Part shown: piece after piece, positions 44,250 to 57,384 of the stretch | How the letters are laid out: each line of letters starts with the position of its first letter | Position numbering within the stretch: the stretch's first letter is position 1 | Source: the human T2T-CHM13v2.0 reference genome, Homo sapiens | Length of the DNA stretch: 64,000 nt | Strand: one strand, 5' to 3' | NCBI RefSeq assembly: GCF_009914755.1 | Contig: NC_060928.1 | Program-made: the position numbers and the translations under genes | The notes under the pieces: model-generated | What the model was told of the DNA's origin: nothing | What the model saw: only the letters and a program-made list of their open reading frames with translations | The model's database searches: none

Positions 44250-44822
44250 AGTTTCTGTCCTCATTTTTTGTGGATTCTGTTTTTGTGAATTTGCTGACAC
44301 ACTAAAATTTACTTATAAACCCAAAATCAATATGTACTTTGTTTACAGATTATTCCCTAATATGTTCAGTGCTAGAAAAATTTGAGTTGTGTAATGCACA
44401 TATTCCCCGCTGAGGTCCCACAAGTCCATTCTCTGCCTTGTTTCAGCTTTCATACAGAGATGACCAGAGAATGGAGATGGCAGGAGGCAGTGCAAAGCAG
44501 TGCAAGAAGACCAGGCTCTAGGGGCCGGTTGGAGAGTCTGAATCTTAACTCTGGCACCTACCTGTCAGTTGAGCAGCCTGAGGTAAGTCACACAACATTT
44601 CTGAACCTCATTTCCCTTTTGTAAAATAAATAAAACAGAATGTACCAGGAAGAGTTAGTTTTAGGTTTTTAAGATTTAAATCATAATCTATGTCAGTCAT
44701 GTTAATATACCACACACACACACATTTACTTCCCCTAGGAGCAATGATTTAATATTTACTAATTTAGTATTCACAGAAACTTTATAGAATATAACTACCA
44801 TGTGCAACTAGGTTTGACTGAT
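44250..44822 (+). mobile_element. TcMar-Tigger element (MER82-like) containing a MIR-like segment
   Basis: ggattctgtttttgtgaatttgc...ctaaaatttacttataaacccaaaatcaata...gctgaggtc...ttgtttcagctttcatac; end tcccctaggagcaatg...actttatagaatataactacc. Confidence 0.7.
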
Positions 44823-44827
44823 TTTAC

Positions 44828-44895
44828 ATATATATATATATATATATATGCATATATATATATATACACAAACACATGCACATATATGTATATAT
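44828..44895 (+). repeat. (TA)n/(CA)n compound microsatellite
   Basis: Read directly. Confidence 0.9.
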
Positions 44896-46699
44896 AAACT
44901 TCTAGAATTTAACTCTGACTTATACATAAAGATATAGCCTAAAATAGTCTTAAATTGCATTTTCTTCTACAAGTAATAATGACACGCTCTTGTATGAGCA
45001 GAGCCACAATGCTCATATTATTTAGTATTTAAAGTGAATAAAAATAATGTACCAATGATAAAATAAATCAGACTCATGGTTAATATTTTGCTGAATTACA
45101 AATGTAAAAGTGAACAACAAATTAAAAATGTAAAAGCAAACAACAAATCTAAGTGCCTTTTAAAATATGAAAAGAATACCAGAAAAAATATATTGCCTAT
45201 CACAACAATTTACTAATGATAGCTTTAAACAGCAAATTTAAATTTGCTCTTCAAAAGCAAATTGTATGAGGCCAAAAAGAGATTAATATCTAATTAATTT
45301 AGTTTCTAATGTAATGGAAATTATAGTTTTCAATTTTATTTTCACATAATCAGAGGAGTGATGTCTTTTATTCTATATTTATATTTTGTTACTTTTATTC
45401 CACTGTTTATAATAGATATTATTGATAATAGATATGATGAATGATGGAACTACATTACAAAGACATGACATAAATCAATCTCTGTTTTATGCACTATCTC
45501 CACTGGCAGCAAACATCACCTATGGCCTATTGCCACTTTAGAAAAAGAAAAGAAAAGAAAGTATTCTCAGTTTCTTTTAGAGTATAATGATGTAAAATCC
45601 ATATTTTTGACTAATAATGGAACTAAAATTTCTTAAACTGGTAAAAACAAAACACAATTTTAAAAACTATTATTTAAAATTGTGACCAATATCTGCCTTC
45701 TAAGATGCATCAGTCTTGAAATTGCCTTTGCAATAGACTCCCTTCTGTTGTGGAAAAACACTACAACATGTCTTACAATTATACTAATACAGACAGAAAA
45801 CTATCTATTTTTCTTGGGGAACATCTGAATGCAGTGGTTTGAACATAAAAACTTGAGTCATGGTTTTTATACTATTGTTTGAGATTTGGAAATGGTTAAC
45901 AGAGTGTACTGGGTATTCTTTCATTGGAATGCTTGGTGTTTTCTAGTAGATCTTCTGGATATTACCTCATTCTTAAATGATATGTGTCTCTGATTAAATT
46001 TCTGTTATATTATTTTGTTTACTGCAATGAAAATTATTCCTGCTCTTAGCAATGAAATAAATTCAATGTGGTAGATCATATAAGTATCCATATCAAAATT
46101 ATAATTTCAACTTGTTTTAACAACTTACTGGTTTCCATATCAATGAATAAGTTGAATAAAGTCTTTAGTACACATTAATTTTATATTTGCATGAATCATA
46201 ATTTTATATGGAATAATTATACCTTAAAACTATGAAGAGGATTTTTTATGTAGACATATGCAGCAAGTTTTACTGTTTTTTTTTTTCCTAAATAGAAGAC
46301 TATCTCACCATATACCCCATGAATATCTCTGATTCTCATAGAATTTTTGTGCAGGGTATCTGGAAATGCAATATGGAGATCAATAGAAAAATACAGATAG
46401 GCTGTTGCCCTTCAAGTAATAATGAGAAAAGTCTGAAAAAACTGAACTAAATTATCTCATTAACCTCTTAATTGCAACTTTTAATTTGGAATTAATTAAT
46501 TTTAAAAGTGGAAACAGGGAATGATCATAAGACAGGAAAAAACAAAACAAAGTGACTAGTGCAGAGTACATACACAAAAAAATATGGGAGATTTGGTTGA
46601 AACATATAAGGGAGCAGTCTGACAACGGCTGAATATCACAGGCTGAGTAAATTTCACTAATCTGTAAAAAGTACAAAGCCACTGGGCATAAGGCCTATT

Positions 46700-46910
46700 G
46701 GAGTGAAAGAATCAGAGTTAGAAACAAACAAAAAATCAAATTCAAATCTAAGTTCCATGCTTTTTCTGCTGTGTTACATTGAGGAAGTTGTCTAAAATCT
46801 CATATCCTTGAAGGACCTCCGAATGTGCCTCTCAGGATTATTATGAGAATGAAGTGAGAAAGAGTATAGAAAAGCACTTTGTGAACTACTCAATGCCACA
46901 CAAATGTCAG
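46700..46910 (+). mobile_element. MIR
   Basis: gttcaaatc-like start; ctctcaggattattatgagaatgaagtgaga...aaagcactttgtgaact. Confidence 0.65.
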
Positions 46911-48319
46911 TTTTTGTGTTCATAAAAGCCACAAGAATAACTTTTTGAACTAAAATAGCTGTTCGTTCTAATGGAGGATTTTTGAGATGTTCTCATTTTC
47001 CCTTTAGTTATATGTATGCTAAAATTAAATAATGCATCTGTGTATTTCTGCTCTTTCCATAAATTAGGTTGACCTTTTCCCCATAATATTATTGCATTTT
47101 TTTCTGTTACATTAAAGAACCGCATATTCTGAAAGTACTTTATTCTCTACCACATAAATCTAGCTAATAATTTCAGCTCCATATTATCTAACTAGCTATG
47201 GCTACACTATACCTTTTAACTTCACTGATATTTTTTTCCCAATTTATTAAATCACTCTCATTTAGAAGTAAAAGCAGTCTTATATTTCCACCTATTGATT
47301 TTCATACTCAGAAGAAAAACATTTGAACATGAAAGGTGTTGATGTATATATATGGCCAACTCACTTTTTTTAGTGGGTTGTGATAATACCTAATGCCTAC
47401 TTTGAAAATATTAGGTCTACTTGCAAAATCTTGTTAGAGAATTTGACAGATGAATGTTTCTTGGACAATACTGCAGTTCTATCTCCTCCTCATAAGCAGG
47501 CTCTCTCTGTGGCTCAACCATCCAGAAATGTTGGTGTTATCGTTCTTTGAAGGGCCACAAGTTTTTGGAAGTGACTTTCTGACATTGTCTTTAACAAATT
47601 TCATTTCTTAGATATTTTCAAAGAAGTCATTTTCTCTGAATATCCAGAATATTGTTATACTTTTTTTTCAGACAAGTGTTAACTTGAATGTATTATTTCC
47701 TCCAGAACAGTATTGCAATTGCACGACTTGTTATTTCTCTATCCAGTTAGGCTGTGGTTTTCATCACATAGTACTTGTCTAGTCTACTTTCATTTATATT
47801 CTCTTTCTTTAAAATATATTTTCTAGGAATAGTGCAAAAACACTTTTAGCAACAATTTAATCTTTTTTGATTTTTTGGGGTATTTTATTATTACTCCTTA
47901 ATATATTTACTATTCATTTAAACAGAAACAATATGTCTTTGAAAACTTATCAAACCTAAACATCTCTATCTGGTTCTTTTCTCCTGAATTTTCAATATCT
48001 TTTTAATTAATTATAGTTCATTGGTGTTTACAGTGTTATTACACTGTTTGAAAGTTCTACTCCGATAGTAAACTGAATTCATATACTTCAAAGTAGCATT
48101 TATCAGGGGGTGTCTCATTTCTACCTCCTGAGAGGTGGCTATGGAGAGCTAGCCACTATGTATACACAAAGACTCACACACTAAGCAAGCCATTTTCATG
48201 CTGTAAAGACTCTTATCCATTGACACTGGTTCTCAGAATGCATAGTTTTTATCTTAGCATATGTGAAAAGCCTGATAAAAATTGTGCCAATTAATATTTA
48301 GTTCACATAATTATTTCTT

Positions 48320-48560
48320 ATAGAGATTTGAGCTTTGTGAAACAAACCTTTAGGCTTGAAAATTCTGAATCTGCCATTGTAACTCCAATATGTGTATGAT
48401 CTTAAGTTACATAAATTCTCTGTTTCTTAATTTAGAAAATAGGAATAATAATAGTGGCTGTTTCACAGAGTTGTGAGGCATCAATGACATGATGTACCTG
48501 AGAGCATTATAAACAGTGTGATATTGCATGAAAATGTGCTCATTCCTTTATGTTATTTCT
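48320..48560 (+). mobile_element. MIR
   Basis: ctctgtttcttaatttagaaaataggaataataatagt...tcacagagttgtgagg. Confidence 0.7.
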
Positions 48561-48699
48561 AGTCATAACACCCTCACTTGCAGGTTTAGGTAGTATGGCA
48601 TTAAACAAAAGGGTGCATACTTAAAAAGATGATTATTCCTATATTTCCCAGTATATGATCACCAGATAAATAAAATAAATTAAAAGATAAAAAAAATTT

Positions 48700-49010
48700 G
48701 GCTGGGCGCAGTGGCTCACACCTATAATCCCAGCACTCTGGGAGGCCGAGGCGGGTGGATCATGAGGTCAGGAGTCTGAGACCAGCCTGGCCAGCATGGT
48801 GAAACCCTGTCTCTACTAAAAATACAAAAAAAAAAAATTAGCCAGGCATGGTGGCATCTGTAATCCTAGCTACTTAGGAGGCTGAGAGGCAGGAGAATTG
48901 ATTGAACCCAGGAGGCAGATGTTGCAGCGAGCCGAGATTGCACCACTGCCCTTCAGCCTGGGTGACAGAGCGATACTCCGTCTCAAGAAAAAATAAATAA
49001 ATAAATAAAA
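48700..49010 (+). mobile_element. AluS (Sg-like)
   Basis: Full dimer with ggatcatgaggtcaggag and (TAAA)n tail. Confidence 0.93.
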
Positions 49011-49229
49011 TTGTAAATATAATAGGCAAATATATTTTATTTGATGTCACAACAATGTGAATGAATATTTTCTTGTCATTTTTAGTTGATAAACAACTAA
49101 ATTAGTTTTATATGGGTATTGTCTTACAATATTATATCAATATTATAGAAGTTAAAAGAACATATTAAATGTGTAAGGGTTTTATCAAATAATGATACAT
49201 TTTATTGGCTTTGGCTACACTCCTATCCC

Positions 49230-50810
49230 ATTCACTCCTCTCTTTCTGCTTGCAAGTTTTCTGATCAAAGTCAGAATTCTTAACCTTGTTCGTCATTAGT
49301 AAGATGCCTTTTTCCTCTTGTTTCCCTCCAGGTGTTCTCTTTGTCTTTGGTTTTATGTAGTTTACATATAGTCTAGGTATTCTTTTTATCTATTTGTTTT
49401 ATTTTACGTTATTGGTATTTTATCTCTCTTTCCATTCTTATTCTTTCTTTGTATTCTTTCTTAGTATTCTTTGTATTTGTATTCATATTTTATCTTTCTT
49501 CAAATATGATGAGGACTGTTGTTTGGTGTCTTTAATTTTGGAAAGTACTCAGCTATTATTTCTTCAAATATTTCTTCTGCCTCATTCTTTCTCTCTTTTT
49601 TCTCTTCTGGTATTCCAATTACGAGTATCTATACATTTTCATATTTCTCCACAGTTCTTGGATGCTCTGTTTATTTTTTAAATTCCTTTCACATTTCTAT
49701 TTGAAAAGTTTCTATTGAGCTATCTTTAAGCTCACTGAGGTTTTTCTTTGTCTCTTCAGACTGTATTCTTTCTTGCCTTTGGTGTTTGTTTTATCGTTTT
49801 GTTGAAAGTAGCACATGTTGTATAGGATAAAATATACTGAACTAAATAAGCTTTTAGTGAGAAGATTTGCTTGAATCTGACTGGCATTTGGGCTGTGTTT
49901 AATGTTTGCTGTAGTTATAGGTACCAGAAACTTCAAATTTCTCTAGTTTCTTTGTTTTTGTATTTCCTCTTGGCTTTGTGGCTTCTTGTTATACTTCTCA
50001 GAGAGCATTCACATTTAGTAGCTCTTCTAGTTGTAATCCACTAAAAAACACTACAGGCTCACTGGTGTAGTGGTAGGCTGTGGTAGAGGAAAGTCATCTA
50101 TAGTCTCCCAATTAAGTCTCCTCTTTTAGTAGAACCATGTCTGGGAGGTGTTTCACACTTCACAAGTGTTTCTGTCCCTCCTACACAAATACAGAGGTTT
50201 TTTTTTTTTTTCCTTTCTCATCTTTTACTCTTTTCCCTGGATAATGTTCCAGATTTACTTTCTTGCATCCTGGTGACTACATTTCAATGTTTCCCCTCCA
50301 CCTCTTAGGTATGACAGAAAGGCTAGAAGAACACAGGTAGAAAAATATTTCAGCATTGCCCTATGAGAAGCCTTTTTCTCAGAGTTGCCCTTTGTTATAG
50401 AGAAGAATCTGGGAGGATTATATCAACACTTTGGCTACTCTCCCAATCCCCCTGCCAAAGGCTTGAGGGCATTTCTATCAGATCTTCACTGTAGAAGTCT
50501 GATGAGGTTCATGGAGAAAAACTCCATGACAGTGTGGAAACTCCCGTGATTGAAGCCCCCAGGAATTTCTTACTCTTAGCTTATACATGCTCCACCTCCG
50601 GCAATTCACTCAAATTATTAATGAAGTTGTCCTACTGCTATGGCTTCCAGTGGCTTCCACTCCATCTAAGCAGAGTTCAAGTACTGTATCTCTCTCTCTC
50701 AATGTGCCTGTCTCTTCAGATTTTGTCGTGGCAGTTTTCTAGGATCTCAGTCCTTTGTGAGTCCATGAAAAGTTGAAGGATTTCAATTTGTCTAGCCTTT
50801 ATTTGTTGAC
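49230..50810 (-). mobile_element. Old L1M 5'UTR/ORF1 region (L1MC/MD-type)
   Basis: ttaattttggaaagtactcagctattatttcttcaaatatttcttctgc and tctattgagctatctttaagctcactga. Confidence 0.7.
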
Positions 50811-52409
50811 ATTCTATGCTATTCACACTACCTGGTTCACCATATTATATGATTTCAGATGTGCCAATATTTTAAAACAAATTGCCTTTAATTGACAGAA
50901 TTATCACTTGCAATTTCATTCTTTGCATAACTATAAAGCTTTACTTTTGCAGCATACAAACCACTAACAGGTCACTGAATTAACACAACTCTTGATTTGT
51001 TTTCTTTTTCTATTTTAACTTTCTTTCCTCATATCATCCAACATTTAAAAAAGAAAAAAAAGCATGACAGTCAATTCCTGTTACTCCTGAATCTTTTACT
51101 TACTAAAATTGAAGTGATGTCTTCTATTATTTCCTATCAAAATGAATGATGAATACAAAATTGGCTTTGAAACTGATGTCTGGCCAACACAATCATTGGT
51201 AATACAAAAGCATTAATATGATACATGCCTAGGGCTGCAAGTTCATCTAAAATACAATGTTCCAGAAGACGGATTAGAGAAGGAGAAGAACCATTCCATG
51301 TGGGCTCTGTCATCATAATTCATCATGCTGTCCTGGACAATTGAAGGACATTTCTGTTATTTCTTGCTACTTGCATTTAAATCCAAGTCAACAAGTCTGT
51401 TTCTCTGGAGCGCATTCTGATAAATCTTCCCCAATAATTCCAACTTACTTGTCTCCACTAAACCAGGAAAATGTGTACAACCCAGAAAACGAGGGGTTAA
51501 AAAGATGGTGAGCACAATGGCCTCTGGGTGACACTTCAGAGTGCAGGATTAATAGAAATTAATTCTAATTTCTATTGTTTAGTAATGATTGGAGTTAACG
51601 GATGGGGTGGGTTGGAAATAATTAAAAGTTTAACTGGGAAGTGATTTGCATCACCTCCACCTCAGCAAAAGATTTAAATTAACTTTAAAAATCACTGAAC
51701 GATTCCGAAATGCCTTTTAGGAATGGTCTCACTATGGCTTTAACCAATTTTCAGAACGTCTACAGCTCTCTAGTTTTGTAGTTGACAGTTATATCTTCTT
51801 TTTGTTCCTTGTTGGATAATTGGAGCATATTCATTATATTTTTATTGCTGTCTGGCTTTTAGTGGTCTTCTCACTTGAGTCACTGTTCTTTCCTTTTAGA
51901 AAGCCAAAAGATAGCAGAAACATACTATTTCAGACCCACATAACAATAGTAAAGTAATCGCATATGTGAGAAAAATGTTCTGGATTTGTGACTCACCCAG
52001 TTTACACATAGGTATTCTGAGTAAGCCCCCACTTGACAAGCCCATCATGGTTAAATGATACATGGTATCTTATTAAGGAAAGTCTATGAATTATCTAGTG
52101 AAATTAAGTTAGAGAAACAATAACTTTAGGCAGATCTGATGTTAAATCTAGCCATTTTCTAGACTATCAAATTAAGATACACGTTTACACATTAAGGTAA
52201 GACTCATCCAACAATAAGATTCATCCCTTACATAAAATAAATCTGTAGATCAAATTCTACTTTAGAAAATTATAGCCTTCATTTCTATTAACCCCTTCTA
52301 ATATCCTCTTCTGAGACAATTGCCTTCTCTCTCTGACACCCAAAATCACTCTAAACTTCCTTCCTGAATAGTCACATCCACAGGCTAAGTCTGTGAAAAT
52401 ACATTTTTT

Positions 52410-52590
52410 TTAGTTTAACTGAACACTCATGAAGTGCTAGATGCTTTACATGCTTTAGTTCATTTAAGCTTTACTACCTAGTAGCTTAATGATGAAGAAA
52501 GTGAGAAACAGAAATTTTGGGTAACCTGAAACAGGCACACATCTAATGAGCAGTTTATCTACAATTAAAATGGAGGTATTCTGCCATATC
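52410..52590 (-). mobile_element. MIR
   Basis: tgctagatgctttacatg...catttaa...gatgaagaaagtgagaaacaga. Confidence 0.6.
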
Positions 52591-52993
52591 CTGATGCCCT
52601 CTTCAACCTTCCTCGGCTATCCTGTTTCATGGATGGATACTCAGGATATGAAAAGTCATAAACCAAGAAAGAAATAGGTAGGTTTTGAATATAAAGTAAC
52701 TATATTTCTGTGCAATTTCTTACTGTTCATAGTAAGAGAGTTATAAGACATTCAGTTTGGAAGAAGTATACCACTGGATTTCTTTGCATGGTGAAAGTAG
52801 AAAGTTTTGTTTTGCGTTAGTAGAAAATTGCATTAAAAATATACAAACAAATAAAAAGTGTCTTAAGTGTTAATTGAGTGATGCTGCCATGACAACTTTA
52901 TAATCTTTGCAAAGCTTTTTTATTAGAAGCCTCTCTAAATTGCATATCATGGTAGAAATAAACTAAGCAAATAAATTATTTCTCTTATTACAG

Positions 52994-53037
52994 GAATGTA
53001 TGATATCGAGGACTCATTTTCACTTTGAGATTTTAAA
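52994..53037 (+). other. Candidate exon (44 nt)
   Basis: Branch-like aactaag about 30 nt upstream; acceptor ttatttctcttattacag|G; donor AAA|GTAAGC; unique sequence. Confidence 0.4.
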
Positions 53038-53639
53038 GTAAGCATATAGATAGCATTAAGATATGAATAAACATGAGTGATAGATTGAGTTGTCTAACAG
53101 CCAGCCTCAAGTAGAAAAACCAACTGACTTGAACAAAGGATCTCAGCAGAGGGAGATTTATGTTATTCAGCTGAATTACATTCCTTTATAGACTGTTGCA
53201 GATGGGCTGCAGGAAAAGCAGCCATCTATCCGATTTAAATAGACTGTGTGCTAGTACTATAGATATACCATTAATTCATTGCTGGGTTGCTGTAGGCATG
53301 GAACTGGCTTTGTTCTTTGACAGTCTCCCTCAGATTAAATAGAAATGCTATTTACCAGAGTGTCAAATAAATAGGGTCCATATAACACTCTAATCAAGTT
53401 GCAATGACATTACATATTTAAGCCTCAATATTGAAAATGGTCAAGTCAGCAGATACTTACACTCTGCAGAACTCTGTCGACCACTGAAAGCTACTTGTCA
53501 TTTTCCACATAGCTATTATCTTCTATATGTAAATAATAATATTGATACCTTTAATCTTTAATCTGTGCTGCATATTGTAGTTATGATGCTGATTCTCTTT
53601 TGTATAGACTCTCTTCTTTAATTTTTTACAAGTTTCTGA

Positions 53640-53790
53640 AGTATTATTATCTTAGATTTAGGGATAATAAAATTGCATAAGAGAAATTAAGCAAGTTGTC
53701 CGAGGTTATAAAACTAAGAAGTGAAAACCTAGAATTCAAACACAAATATATTGTCTCTAATTCCAATATTCTTTCCATGGCATGTTATTA
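53640..53790 (-). mobile_element. MIR fragment
   Basis: agagaaattaagcaagttgtccgaggttataaaactaagaagtg...gaattcaaac. Confidence 0.6.
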
Positions 53791-53830
53791 TGTGTTCTGG
53801 AATGGGGTTACTATAAATGAAGTATATTAT

Positions 53831-53926
53831 GTTCTAAGTTGTGAGTAAAGCATACGTAAAAGTAACTATAATAGGAAAGTTGTAAGTTGTGAGTAAAGCA
53901 TACATACAAGTAACTATAATAGGAAA
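53831..53926 (+). repeat. 48-bp tandem duplication (2 copies, 3 mismatches)
   Basis: gtt(c/g)taagttgtgagtaaagcatac(g/a)ta(a/c)aagtaactataataggaaa, twice. Confidence 0.95.
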
Positions 53927-55154
53927 AAATTACTGCAGGCATTAAGTATAGCTACATTCTTGAAGCATTTCTAGTGTCTCACTTACCCATGAAGTCATAA
54001 CATAAAAGGATAGCGTTGCCTTAAAGTAACTCATGGGCAAACCGCTCTCAATAGCTTGGAATAATTAGAAACCTGGACTTAATTTTGAATACTAATAGAG
54101 ATTGTTGTCTTCAATCCTATGTTACTAAACATACTTGCTTACAGGCAGGCCACACAATCTATATGAAAGTACTTTCGGTCTCTTTTACATATATGGGTCT
54201 GAGAGGAGTGGGAACATATTGAGCTAATGTGATCAAGCACTGAAGTTAGTTACTAATTGGAATTATTCTGATATTAAGACCAAAAGGTAAAAACTTAAAC
54301 AGTTTTGATGTTAGAAGAGATACAGAGTTCACTGAAATGTTTTCAAAGAGTGGATATGACAGTCTGATATTTATAAAAGCATGTATTTCCTGAATTAGAT
54401 CCGACACTTTACAATTTAAAGCATTAATGATTCAGTATCTGCATTTCCAATTCAACTGGCAGCACATTGTCTTCACTCCGCATTCCCATTACAGGGAGAT
54501 GATCTGTCAACATTTAACGCTACACACAGACAAATCTTCACCTGCAATTTCATTCTCAAATGACTTCATACTAATGAGTAAGTATCAACACTTCAATGCA
54601 AAACCTCATTTAGGATGCATGGTGACCAGAATGATGAAATCATTCTTTTGTAGGTAATCGGTGGATTTGATAGAAAAAAAAATACTTGTTCTGCCCAGTT
54701 AAGCCAGACCCTAGGTAACCAGATGTTTGGCATACCAATTGACATTCTAGTGCCTAATAAATATATATAGCCTGGTTAGAATTTCATGGAAATGACTTCA
54801 TTTTAAAAAGAGATGACTGGAACAAGTTTTAAAATAGGCTTATCAGAGGGCACAAGCTATTCAGTTTCCTCCTTCCCACAGGGTTCTTATATGTAGTTCA
54901 TTGCAAAACATAATACATATTTTTGATATTCTCTTTGTTATCAACAAAGCACAACATACTAAATAAAGCATTACTATATTATTTAAAATAAATGTATTTC
55001 TCAAAAATGTGAAAAAATTAATTTTTTTACATTAGAAAAAATATACATTTCTTCCTCATTTTAATTGACCTTTGTCATCTCTTCAATTCTTGTACTGACA
55101 CGTAAGGCCAGACCCAAGCAATTTACTCATGTTTTGTAATTTTGAATTGAAAAA

Positions 55155-55370
55155 GTATTTATCAAATATTTGTATATGCCTAGCATTGTGCCAAATATTT
55201 GAGAAACTTAAAAAAGAATACAATTTTCTAGGCCCTCTAGAAGTTCACAATATTGTGTTAAGACATATGTCTATCATATAACACAGGGAAAAATGTTATC
55301 ATATCTCAAATTTGTGACAGAAACAGTTAAGTGCAATGAAAATTACCTAGGAGGAAGATGGGATGGAGAA
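55155..55370 (-). mobile_element. L2 3' fragment
   Basis: tttatcaaatatttgtatatgcctagcattgtgccaa...ggccctctagaagttcacaat. Confidence 0.55.
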
Positions 55371-55757
55371 CACTGAAGTTCAATTTTACTCCTAAATTGA
55401 CTAAATTCCTCTTACTATTTTCTAAACAAACTCTTTTTACCACCCATATTATGTATGCATTTAAGGAAAGTTAAAAAAAAATACAAAGTCTTTTTTTGAC
55501 AATGAAAAGGTAACTGAGTGGTTTATATATTCACCCCCAACACACACATATGATCCCATAATCAAATCCATACAAATCAATACGTCCTTTTACCAATTAT
55601 AATCACAAAGTTAATCCTGAAAATAGTGTGTGAGATGTAATTTTCATTATAATAAAACATAACATAAAAACACTTTATTTCATGAAGATGTGCACACTTA
55701 CATGAAATATACCATTTGAATATGTGTGTTTACATACACACATATGTATAAATCTAA

Positions 55758-55784
<27 letters not shown>
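55758..55784 (+). repeat. (TG)n microsatellite
   Basis: Read directly. Confidence 0.98.
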
Positions 55785-55788
<4 letters not shown>

Positions 55789-57094
55789 ATATCTGCGGGC
55801 ATGTTGGTTTATTCTGAGACACTAATTCTCCACTTTACCTTACAGATCAAAACATTATATAGATGCCTTGATGAAACTTAAGCCAAAAAAGCATAACAAA
55901 GTGGTAGCAAATTAATGATTGGCAAAAAGTCATGAGGAATATTTTACGACAATTAATTTTTGAATTATTACAATTGTAACTAACAGTACTATTTTCTATA
56001 TCAGCTTCACTGAAATGAACCTCAGAAGTAAAAACAAAACCCTCTTTTCTTTTCTCTGGTGTAAGCAACTCCTTGGAAATGGATTAAGTAAACATGAGCC
56101 CTGTGCATTTGATAAATATGTATGTCTTATTTCTCCTTTCCTACTGCTTTCCATCCAGCTGCAGCTGGGAACCAAGCAATAAATACTATTTATTTATTTT
56201 AATAAATAGTGGAAGTATTACCAATATTTCCTATGCTTAAAAACATCCCCAAATGCATTTTGTGTTAGGCTCAGCATTTTCATCGTAATTTACAACTTAA
56301 AAGGGTAAATTCTATTACTCTATGTCAAACCAACAACTGGGTAAGTGCAGAATGTTACCCTGTGAAGTATGACCAAATTTATTGCTGCAGTCATTAGTAC
56401 ATATTGATTCTGCTTATAACAACCCAAAGGGAATAGTAAAGCTATTATGCTGGTGTTTGGTCTCTCTCTCTCTGAGAGGAGCCAGGCTTGGCACAGCCAA
56501 GTTTCAAGAAACATCCAATTAGTTCAGCAATCAATGCTGCTCCTTTTCTTTTGGCTATTATTAATACAACTAGTCAGTGACATAAACTTCTAGATCTCGG
56601 ACTGTCTTACAATCAAATCTGAGCAACACTACTGCTTTTTTGCAAAGGCAAATTTATTCTATCACTTTTGAAGTCATACTTTTTTTTTTATGGTAGGATG
56701 AACAATTTTTTTATTATCTACATTGTCATTGACAAACAATATCTAACTGAATTTCTTTTTTGTTTTCCTCTTAAGATGTGCTTTCCCTTCTGCTATATCT
56801 GTTATCTTTGTTACCATCACCTTAGCTTCCAGTTATTGAGAACTTACTATGTGCCAGATACTGCTTACAACTCCAGTCTTTGCTCAATCAAATCCACCCA
56901 GTTGCTTTTATTCATTCCATGAATATGTAGGATAGCATGATGGTTTTGCAGTCCCTGTAGGCATTATTATAGGTGGAACCTTTTGCAAAGCCTGCATTTT
57001 AAAAGATTCTGAAATACTTTTGTGGGTGTCCTGTTTCAGATGCTAGAAAGATGCTAATGGACCCTTCTGACTTTCTTTTTGGTGCTTCTCTTAG

Positions 57095-57165
57095 GCAGCA
57101 TTTTCAAAAGATCACTAACTCATACATGGGCTTTACCTCTCTAGATGAAGTTGCACGATGTCAAG
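57095..57165 (+). other. Candidate exon (71 nt)
   Basis: Branch-like ttctgac, polypyrimidine tract tttctttttggtgcttctcttag|G and donor AAG|GTAAGC. Confidence 0.45.
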
Positions 57166-57384
57166 GTAAGCAAATGACCCTTGCTTCTTTTCAGGGTGAG
57201 AGATGACATGCATTGATTTCCAAAGAAGTTCCCAGATGATGGCTGAAACGCAGACTTTGAATTGTTTTTGCAATTATTAAAATAAGAAAAACCAATAATA
57301 TATGAAGTCTTTATTTTTTTTTAAAATAGTTTCTCTGGTATCTTTAGTAAGTTGGTTCTGACCTACACAAATGTCATTTGTTCG

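Noticed and set aside
57166-57194. Apparent 29-nt GT-AG intron
   Set aside because: Below the minimum intron size for the human spliceosome.
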